A stretch of DNA of 64,000 nt, from the NCBI GenBank assembly GCA_964234715.1, contig OZ174277.1, one strand, 5' to 3'. Below, in pieces: positions 54,237 to 64,000 of this stretch (position 1 is the stretch's first letter; the number at the start of each line of letters is the position of its first letter). The stretch is from Podarcis melisellensis (taxonomy: Eukaryota). Under the pieces are notes generated by a model that had not been told where the DNA came from, ran no database searches, and was given only the letters and a program-made list of their open reading frames with translations. The translations under genes and the position numbers were made by a program.

Positions 54237-54793
54237 ATTTAGATCAAACTAGACATGCTGACTTTGATCATGTGTCTTTCCTGTTCACACATCAAAAAGG
54301 GATTGGGACAGTCAGCGTGAAGATGTTCCCCCTGCACCTATATTTTTTCCTCCCCTCCCCCATTATTTTTAATTACATATTTAGCATCAAGTATAATTCA
54401 GCCCTAAGCTAGAGCTAGGCATTTCAAATTTATGTCCACCCAATTCACAATGCATTAAGGCTGGCGCGCCTCAAATGTTTCTTTCAGAGTGAACCAAGGA
54501 AGAAACTGCAACCTTCTACCCATATTTATTAAGTAGTCCCATCTGAATAAACACAAATGTTCCTCCTCCAGCACATATAGTGCTTTGTAACCTATTTCAA
54601 AGAATCATAGAATTGTAGAGCTGGAAGGGACAACAAGGGTAATCTAGGACAACCCTCTGCAACAATGTGACTGATGAAGAGCAAGTGTTGAATGAGTCCA
54701 GCTCTGCTCCATCTTGCAATATTTGTCTACCTTTATCATTTGTATGTTGTGAACCACCCTGTGACCTTTGGATGAAGGATGGTATATTAATTT

Positions 54794-54794
<1 letters not shown>

Positions 54795-54824
<30 letters not shown>
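54795..54824. repeat. (TCAA)n tail of an L2-like 3' end
   Basis: About 7 units after 'gtgaaccaccctgtgacctttggatgaagg.tggtata'. Confidence 0.8.
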
Positions 54825-54826
<2 letters not shown>

Positions 54827-54895
54827 TACAAGGGTGCAGTCCAACAAGTAAAATGTCTGAATAATGAATTGCACATCTTTCATTGTGTCACTTGC

Positions 54896-55000
54896 CTGAT
54901 CTTGTATGTATTCGTACACTTCAGGAACATAGTGCTCAATATTTTCATCAGTGAGCCTTTTAAGTTGTAAGCCATAGTGTCTTGGTTCCAGCTGCTTAAT
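54896..55000 (-). CDS. TIAM2: TIAM2 exon (RBD), followed by a GC-AG intron
   Basis: ccattag|ATT...CAG|gcaagt; 105 nt; IKQLEPRHYGLQLKRLTDENIEHYVPEVYEYIQDQ. Confidence 0.92.
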
Positions 55001-56124
55001 CTAATGGATGAAAAGAATATATCTAGAATTCAGAAATCATTTGTAAAAGTCTAGATGTCACAGCAGATGCACACAGATACCAAATGACGCAACAGCAATC
55101 TTCAATAAGCCACTTCCTAAATAACCACCATAAATAAACTTAAGTTGTACAGATTTCACAGCAGCAGTTTTGTTGCTTTTAAAAATCAAAAGGTTTGTAA
55201 TGTTTATTCCTGCACATAAAATTAACTGTCTGGTAAGGTGGGTAAATAAACTTTGAACCTTGTTCTCTTCCTCAGTTTAAACTGACATCTGTTAAGTTTC
55301 TACAGGTCTTCCAGATGGCTTAGTTCTGCTCAGTGAAACGTACACATCTGATGTATAAAATGCATATGTGCACACAGGCTGTTAAGAGAAGGATGTTCTG
55401 CATCAGCTGTCTTTTATTGAACTCTTTACTGCCAATTTCCTCTGAGATCGTGAAACACCACCTATTTTTTCCACAACATGTGTTACCTCCAGGAAGCTAA
55501 ATAACGGAAGAGGGAGGACTTCCCTCAAGAGATTGTCATTACAGAGTGAAACCATTGAGGTACTGTTCCTTAAGCTCTCTGGATAAAGCTGAGGTTGCAC
55601 TGATTTCATTTCAAGCATCAACAAATTAACAGCACAAACAAAACAGTCTGTGCACCCATTAAGAGAGAGGGTTGGTACCTATCAGGATCTTCCATGCTCA
55701 AAAGGAGTCCTTGATTTGATCCAATGAAGGCTGCAACCCTCCATGCCACCTCCCAGGAAGGGTCCCCTCAACCCAGCAGAGCAGATGGGAGGGTGCAGGA
55801 GGCTTCAGAAAGGACTGGCAAATACTGCCTTCCTCTTCTATTAAAGAATGCCGAAGAAGCCCTTTCTGCAAACACAACTTAGCTCATGGGATCTTTCTGT
55901 TGAGTGGAACTCAGCTCATGAGATTGCATCTTCTAGCTACACATTATTCAGTTGAACAAGGTAATTCAGCAAGATTTTAGGCAGAATGTGATTTTTACAA
56001 AGCCTGTCACATTTTGATTTATCTGATTTAAATGTGTATTTCTTGGATTTGTCACATTAATTAAAAAAAGATTGCCAGCACAAAGAATAAAGGATCTATT
56101 CCATGAATCCTGGATGAACAAATA

Positions 56125-56376
56125 CAGTGGTACCTTGGTTTAAGAACAGCTTAGTTTGTGAACAACTTGGATTAAGAACAGTGCAAACCCAGAAGTAGGT
56201 GTTTTGGTTTGTGAACTTTGCCTTGGAATAAGAACATGTTTCGCTTCCTGTTGAGTGTGTTCCATTTGTAAATTGAGTCCCCCACTGCTATGGGAAAGCA
56301 CACCTTGGTTTAAGAACGCTTTGGTTTAAGAACAGACTTCCGGAACGGATTAAGTTCGTAGACCAAGGTTCCACTG
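56125..56376. mobile_element. Tigger/pogo-like MITE
   Basis: TIRs cagtggtaccttggt / accaaggttccactg with TA TSD on both sides; related to 47307-47548. Confidence 0.9.
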
Positions 56377-59255
56377 TACTTGGAAATGGTTGCAATCCTG
56401 CACAATTTGTAGCAATTTAGTTTCAACTTTGAGTAACCAGCAGAAGTTTTTTCAAAGAAAAAAGTATCAGTAAGTGGTTGTTATCCAAATAAAACATTTC
56501 AGGAGATGTTGATAACCAGAACTAGTACTGCTGTAAATGACCAAGTTTTTATTTACAAAATCTCAGTGAATCTTTGATGCTACAAATAAAGCACTCTTCC
56601 TGGTTTGTTTATTTGTTTAGGCAAGCAAGTAAATGCACAGTAGCCTAATACACTAAACTGTATCAATCATCCACCACTATAATAATCCATAAAGTATATG
56701 AAGACATGAAGCGGAATGTAAGAAAAATAGCAACATATCCAAATTTGTATATAAAATTAACTGCTTCATGGTACAGTATCATCCATTCTTTAAAAGACAT
56801 GTTTGTGTTATTGCTGCTTTCACATGAGTTTGTCTTCTTCAGCACCTTACACTTGCTAAACAGAACTGCCAAATGTACATGGTACATTGCAAATGTTCTG
56901 ATGCAATTAAGCTGCTGAAGTTGACCAGGTCCCAGTTCACACCTTGTGAACTTGACTGCTACAGTTTATCATATTGAGATGGATCCATTTGCTCACACCC
57001 TCTCTTCTTCCCCTTTCCATTGTATGGCTAACTTTGGCAAAGTATCCTAATCTTCATCTGTAGTTTAAGCGCTCCCTGCTGTTCAGGATCAGTACTTGGC
57101 TTACATATTCTATTTTTCAAAGAGGCCTTTAAACCACTGTTTCCTGATTCAGATGTTTGAGCGTTCACCAAATTGTGAGGTGAAGGGAGAACCGAAAGGA
57201 GAAGGAGGCAGCAAACAGGCATAAGGCGGCCAGAGGCTACTCATAGGCATCTGACTGGCCACTTGTGACAACAAGATGCTGGACTATTTGGGACATTAGC
57301 CGAATCTAGCAAGGCTCTTTTTATGCTATTGTGGCTCAGTTCCCTGGATCAAGATTATTTCCCTTGAACCTGGTATATGATGAGTTCAAATATTGTTTCT
57401 GTGACTATGTATACATATTTGGAAGAGGATAGATTATATTATAAAGCAGTAGTTTTTAAGAAAAGTACTGTAAAGCAATTGGGTATGTGGCTCTTTTTAA
57501 TGCTCCTGCATTAAAATATTTTCTACTGATTATCCTCGCTCTGGTATTTGTATGTTCCATTTAGAAACATATTAACCTGATATGCAATAATCTTTTGTAG
57601 TATCTAAATAGGAATTTAGAAATCGCCATTCTTATCCAAGTATAAAAATGAAGTCAGCAGGTAATGGGGAAGATCCTTAACTGTACCTACTACACAGACA
57701 CAGTCAGATTACTTAAATGCAGTGGGACTCAAGCAACCTATGTCCCCCCTTTTAGTACTTATCTACCACCCTTGTACCAGACACAAATGCAAAACATACA
57801 CAAACATTCAAACACCACTTTGCACTAAAGAATGAAGATTCCCAGCACTCACCAGAGAAGTATGGAAATGTAAGAAAAAAGAACCAGGAAAGATGTAGCA
57901 GAAAGGAGTCAGCATTAAGAGACTGCTTATGAAAAACATTAAAAGTATTCAGAACAGAAAGAAAGATAAAACAGAAACAAAGTTTTAATTGAAAAAGAAA
58001 TCAAAATAACTTCAGATCAATGAAGTGATATATACAAAAAGAGAAGCTACAAAAAAAATAAATCCCCAGTATCTACACACATATATTTTACCACAAGGTA
58101 GTTTGTTTTTATGAGAGGTTATTATAGTTCTTCAAGGTTTTCCTTGTTCAAATAGCAGTATTTTTCTCAATTTCCCCTTTCCCCCAGGCTTCAGGTCTCT
58201 CCCGCCACCTAGTGGCATTCCCTATGATACATTGCCTTTTCCCTTATTAGTTCATAGAATAGGAAACACAAAGATAAAGCTAGAAGCTAAAGTGGGTAAT
58301 AAGAGCAATTTAAATATATATATTTGTAGTGACTTGGTATAATTAAAGCCAAGTAGTAGTAATGCCAGGAAAAGCCTGATTCTCCCCTCTCCCCTTCTGC
58401 TATATGACCATGGGCAGTTAAGGGTGTGCTTGCGAGACTGACATGTCCTCTTTATGGCACCTAAAGTGAAGCCACTTTAAGGCTAACCTTAAACTGAGAG
58501 GCCCAGACTAATTTTACTGGTGAAGTCTATCAATAACCATCAAGGGTGATTCAGAGGGCAACCCCTAGTCCAAACTCTCCCCCATCACCCACACTTGCCA
58601 CTTTGCTTTGCTTATCCAGAAGAGGCACAATAAAAAGCTGAACACACTCCAGTATTATTAAAAACAAATAAATTTAATTGGGCTTAATTTGGGTTTTTAA
58701 GGTATTCAATGACTGGATTTTGTGTCAAATATATATATATTAAGGTGGTTACTTTTTGCCACTGACTGTGATTCTGTGCACATGGGTATGTTTGCATTCA
58801 AGTCATTAGCATTTATGAGTGCATTACCCATATTTTACTAAGAATAGATCCATTGATGTTATTGCTTCCTGTATAATGCAATTTTTCTTATGATCTAAAA
58901 TTCTGTTTCAGTGGTTTTGGAGAAAAAATACATTATGGTTTGGCTTTCTAAATCAATTTGATTTTATAGTACATTCTGAGATCCTAGGATTCAACTTTTT
59001 CATACTTCACTGTTACATATCTTTTGGCTATACTGGGGGCAAAGCCAATTCATAATTTTAGAGACAGAAAAATATAGTAGGTTAAAATCTACTGGAGGTT
59101 AAAATTTACTGGAGACTGAACTGCATTGTATGCCGCATCATCTTACACAGCATCCTTTAAAACTGTATATATATATTTGCAAGGATGTAACACCTGGGCT
59201 TTAAAGTTCTAAACAGCGGGATTAGCCAGACAAATTAAGATGAAGAATAATGTAC

Positions 59256-59423
59256 CTTGCATGCCAGAGTCAAAACATCATCTACTCTGTGTTCTGGCTT
59301 GAGAGTTAGCATTACTCCTTGGCCATCAGGAAAGTGAACAGGTGACTGGATGTCCCAGGTATTTTCTTTTGAACAACTTTCTGGAGCTGGGCAGTACACA
59401 TTTAGAAATTCATCTACTTTCTG
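59256..59423 (-). CDS. TIAM2: TIAM2 exon (start of Ras-binding domain); alternative start at 59420 via NAGNAG
   Basis: ttcttccag|cag|AAA...AAG|gtacat; (Q)KVDEFLNVYCPAPESCSKENTWDIQSPVHFPDGQGVMLTLKPEHRVDDVLTLACK. Confidence 0.93.
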
Positions 59424-62043
59424 CTGGAAGAAAAATATAACAATTTAATAAAGCAGTATCACTTTATAATCTGTATAATCTGAGTGATAGAAGATTGCTA
59501 GAATGAAATAATAATGTGGCTTTTGTTCTAATTTCCCACCACCATACCTCTGCCTCCTACATGCTGCACTCACAAGAGACAATCAGCTGACAAGAGGATT
59601 ACAGGAAAGCACACAGGAATTTGGAGAATAGGATGGATATTGCATGAATACAACCTAAGAGGTTCACTGAATCACAACTCACAGAACCATGATACATAGT
59701 TCTATTTAAGGAGGACTGGCCCAATCACGAGGCAATTGTCCAAGATGGTGGTAAACTGGCACCCCTCCCAGGACCCCCAACCATTTACTTCATTATTGGC
59801 TGGCCAGCTGGGGTTGCCAGTACTCGTCCTGCTGTGGCCAAAACCATCAGACAGACTCCCACCCAGTGATGCTAGGCTCTATACCACCACTCACATCACC
59901 TCCCTGCCTCACTCTGAGAAAGGACCAAGGTGTTCTTTCCTCAGAGTGAGGAATTCTGTGAGAAGTGACCAGGACAGCTCCTGCAACACTGCTGCACTGA
60001 AATAGTGTTTAAATCTTCTTCTTCTTTGTACAATCACTTTCCAGTGGTTGTACTTGATGTACTTACTTAGAATTTCTCATCACAGTGGCAGCAGAAGCGC
60101 TTTCCTGGTCAACTCACCCAGAATGCCTCATTTAGAAGAAGGACCAACCCTCTTGGTCCTTTCTCAAAGCTAAGAAGGGATGAGGTGCAAGGGGCAGCAG
60201 AAACACCAACAGCACTGCTGCTGCTAATGCAGCAGGAAAATGGGGAAAAAAGAATGGAGATGACACAAGGAGGAGGGGTAGGAACTAAGTCACTCTAATT
60301 TCAACTAACAATTGTAATTTTATTATTTATAACCGCACCCATCTGACTGGGTTGCCCCAGAAACTCTGGGGCCACACTTAAGATCACTTCATACATGAGG
60401 TACATGAAAGCCATTCCATATATAGTCACAATACAAATGTCTGTATCGCACAATCTTGAGCACTCAAGAGTGGAAAAGTATATAGACGGTAATTCCATTA
60501 AATGACTTCTGCTCTCCAAATGAGTTTGATTCTTTATTCTCTTCGTGTGCTTTTCAAAGTGAGAAAACGATACACAAAAAATATACAGTGTATAAATGAT
60601 TCAACAGAATCAGTTTCAGATGTTCAGATTTGTGTAAATTTCATCAGCAGAGGGCACTCCGTTTCAATACTATCTGGAAACAGAAATGTAATGCAGGGGG
60701 ATTCACACTACTAACAGTTTTTGGTGGGGTTTTTTTAAGGCTTAAGTTTCTTTCACCTTCCCAATTTTCAAACCTCAACTACCTTTGTCAAAACCATCCA
60801 GGTCCCAGAGCAATGTGATAACAGACAGACACTTGTTCTAAAACAACGCCTAAAATTCATATAGGCGTGAGTCTTTACAAACTGTTTTAGGTTTACTGTG
60901 ACCAGGGGTAAGTAAACAAAAACATTTGTAAAAGTTTTGATTGTTTCATGGAAACGCTCTTATGGTGGTTTACATTTTTTTTACTCCATCCAAATTTTCC
61001 ATCTTTGAATCTAAGGGGGTTGTATTTTCCCACCCAGTAACGTCTGCAGAGTGAGTAATAACCACAGTACTTTATTCATCCATAGCCATGCAGAGGCCCG
61101 ACAACACGTTCTGTTTTCCATAAATCTATGCCAGGGTTGTAGAGTGTACTATGCTTTGCCACGGTGTTGGTTGAAGAGCAGTTGGTTACTTCATGATTTT
61201 CCTGTCTTTGTTTTGTCACAAATTTTATATGAAACGCCTCAGAAAACCTGCATGGAACATTTAATGGGGCTGTGCTTCACTGAACTCATCAGGAAGTCTC
61301 TTGTAACGGTTCGATTTTGTTTTTCTTCAAAATTTCCTAACAGAATAGGCTTGTTTCCAATTTTGGTGGTTTTGCGAGCTATGATGAATCACTTTTTTTA
61401 AAAAAAAGTTGTTGGATGAGGCATGAAGGAACTGTAGAAACTCCTACAAATCTGCAGACAGTTATTCAAGTCCTTCAAACGTTTACATAGATGGAATGCC
61501 CAAACTTATTCATTTAGCAGACATAAGATCAGTGGCTCATAAACCAAGTTCCACAGAAGGAATAGTTTTGGTTTAAAAATCCAAGCTCACTATAAAATTA
61601 TAGATTTTTCCACCTGACTTGAAAGCTACTGAACACTTCTGAGCAATATCCCAATAAATTTTCGAAGTACAATATGTATGCAAAAAAGAGAGAGAGAGAG
61701 ACAGTGAGAGGAAAGATCAAGAGATATTCAGAAGACAGGCTTTTGTCCAATTATAAAGTTGCATTTAAAAGATCTCACTTCAAATGCAGCCTTGTCCACA
61801 TTAGGAGCACAAGGAAGCTGCTTTATATTGAAACAAGACCATCTTCCTCAGTATTGTCTGCTCTCCAGGGCTTCAGGTAGGAATCTCTCCCAGTCCTGCC
61901 TGGAGATGCCGAATATTGAACTTGGGACCTCCTGAATGCAACACAGATGCTCTACCCATGAGCTATACAAATAATACTAACAAACCCATCCTAGCATCCC
62001 AAGGCACAAGAAGGTCAGATAAAGAGGTCTTCTACCTTATAAG

Positions 62044-62453
62044 GTAAAGAAGAAAAGAAGGCTGATCGCCGAAGAATTGATGCTTTTGAATTATGGTGCT
62101 GGTGGAGATTCTTGAGAGTCCCATGGACCGCAAGAAGATCAAACCGATCCATTCTGAAGGAATTCGGCCCTGAGTGCTCACTGGAAGGACAGATCCTGAA
62201 GCTGAGGCCCCAGTACTTTGGCTACCTCATGAGAAGAGAAGACTCCTTGGAAAAGACCCTGAGGTTGGGAAAGATTGAGGGCTCAAGAAGAAGGGGACGG
62301 CAGAGGACAAGATGGTTGGACAGTGTTCTCGAAGATACCAACATGAGTTTGACCAAGCTGCGAGAGGCAGTGGAAGACAGGAGTGGCTGGCGTGCTCTGG
62401 TCCATGGGGTCACGAAGAGTCGGACATGACTAAATAACTAAACAACAACAACC
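62044..62453 (+). mobile_element. 5'-truncated RTE-BovB LINE
   Basis: KKADRRRIDAFELWCW...RVPWTARRSN.SILKE...RREDSLEKTL.LGKIEG.RRRGRQRTRWLD...WRALVHGVTKSRT; (CAA)n tail; 10-bp TSD accttataag at 62034-62043 and 62454-62463. Confidence 0.95.
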
Positions 62454-63022
62454 ACCTTATAAGACTTTTCACTGTTTGGGAAAAATTTTTTTGAAAGTGT
62501 GACATGTCAACTGGCACACTTTGTAGGTGCTGGTGATAAAATGCCTTTTAAGAAAATAATTTAAGCTTTTAAAATTCCAGAATGAACAAGTACGTGAATT
62601 AACCAGGGTACTGGATATTAAGATGGAGGGTGCACTTCTATTCCCAAGAAAAAAGAAAGCAAACAGGTTTAGCTGAAGTTTGAAATAAAAGGCCTAGAGT
62701 CCTGCTGAGTCCTGCTGACAGGACCATTGAAGTGATGCACAGCCAGCTATGCTTATGGTATTATTGAAGTATTCGCTCATTAAAAGCTTTTCAATTATGA
62801 CAGCTGGTTTGGTCCTGAAGCCTGCTTACCCCAGAGGAAATCTACATGACAATTTCTTCTTGTAGTAGAAAAATGAGTATTCCTAGCACATGCCCACTAA
62901 AGGATAGAGGAAAACACAAAGAGGACATACTAATAGATCAAAAGGAGGGTGGGATTGGAGAGAATCAGTCAAAAAGTTTCCTTTGGTTTGCAGTTCATAC
63001 AGCTGCACAAGGGTTTTAACAT

Positions 63023-63057
63023 ATACATACATACATACATACATACATACATACATA
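63023..63057. repeat. (ATAC)n microsatellite
   Basis: About 8 units. Confidence 0.95.
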
Positions 63058-63411
63058 ACGATTGCTTCAGTTTTTAAAGACTAATCTGTATCAAATTACA
63101 ACCACCCATTTTAAACGAATATTGAATATATAGGTAGCCATGCCCTCTGTTCCTTGTTTGAGGATTAGGATTCAATAGGAATTCACTACTTATAAATCCA
63201 TGAAACATTAAGGTGTGGCCAAATGTATATAAGTTATGACTTGCTAATAGTTTCACATGCACATGACTAGCTAATCCTTTTTTCTACAAAATGTATTAAG
63301 TGGTTCTTTTGGGGGGAGAGGAGAGAGAGAGAAACATAGATAAATCGTGATTTAAGAAACACATTCAGAAAGTGTGATAAATAGTGAACAGCAAAGATTT
63401 AGAACCCTTAC

Positions 63412-63483
63412 CTCGGTAGAATTACTGGAATTCTGAGGTAGCTGTGTTCCAGTAAATCCATGCCCTCCAGTTGAGTCAAAAAT
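63412..63483 (-). CDS. TIAM2: TIAM2 72-nt exon (most 5' exon in the window; the gene continues beyond 64000)
   Basis: taattag|ATT...GAG|gtaagg; IFDSTGGHGFTGTQLPQNSSNSTE, matching recalled human IFDSSGSHGFSGTQLPQNSSNSSE. Confidence 0.93.
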
Positions 63484-64000
63484 CTAATTAAAAAGAATGT
63501 GTATCCTAATATAAACAAAGCATTCCTTGCAAAACGGTTTCACATGCACACAAAAAGGAAGGAAAAGCTAGTGAACTTAGATCAGTAAAGCCGAACAACT
63601 GAAGAGTAGTTTACTCTTTTAAAATTTGGGTGTTAGTGTGTGCAGGCATTCCAGGAAAAGGGCAGGGTGGAAGCCCCTTGCACTAAGAGATTATACTGAC
63701 ATTCAGACCTTCCATTTTCTACATGCTAAAAATCACATGCATGCACTATATAATTCTGCCAGATATCTGTCCTGACAGCTGAGAGCATTTTGTACACACT
63801 AGCCCTAGAATCCTGGGGCAATTGTGCTAACCAAGCAGCCAACACAAACAGCTGCCAATCAGGAAACTGACTTCACATCCAATTGCTCTCAAGCCTTTCC
63901 AAGGATCATCCTGATAACCAGTTTCTGAGCAGCCACTCTTAGCCTAGCTCTCCTTTCACTGCCAACTTGGAAGAGAGGGATGCAAATAGCTTGACTAAGA

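Overview
Eukaryotic (vertebrate) genomic DNA, not prokaryotic. The repeat content (Sauria SINE, Squam-like SINEs, RTE-BovB, L2/CR1 fragments, hAT/Tc1-pogo/Harbinger MITEs) indicates a squamate reptile, probably a lacertid lizard (inference). The window holds the convergent 3' ends of two genes. TFB1M is on +, with its last two coding exons at 6274-6401 and 8877-9120. TIAM2 is on -, with 19 coding exons from 63483 down to the stop at 9726, covering RBD-PDZ-DH-PH2-C-terminus; the 2817 nt splice in one open frame (938 aa + stop). Only 605 bp separate the two stop codons. The most interesting signal lies in the 17.4-kb TIAM2 intron between the PDZ and DH regions: two exon-like units (28252-28199 and 28081-27941) with good splice signals. 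They splice in frame to each other and to the DH exon, predicting a short DH-PH TIAM2 isoform with a 62-aa basic N-terminal leader. Also seen: a GC-AG intron, a NAGNAG acceptor, nested and TSD-intact transposon insertions, and a Z-DNA/cruciform microsatellite. Gene identities come from my recall of the human orthologue sequences; no database search was run.
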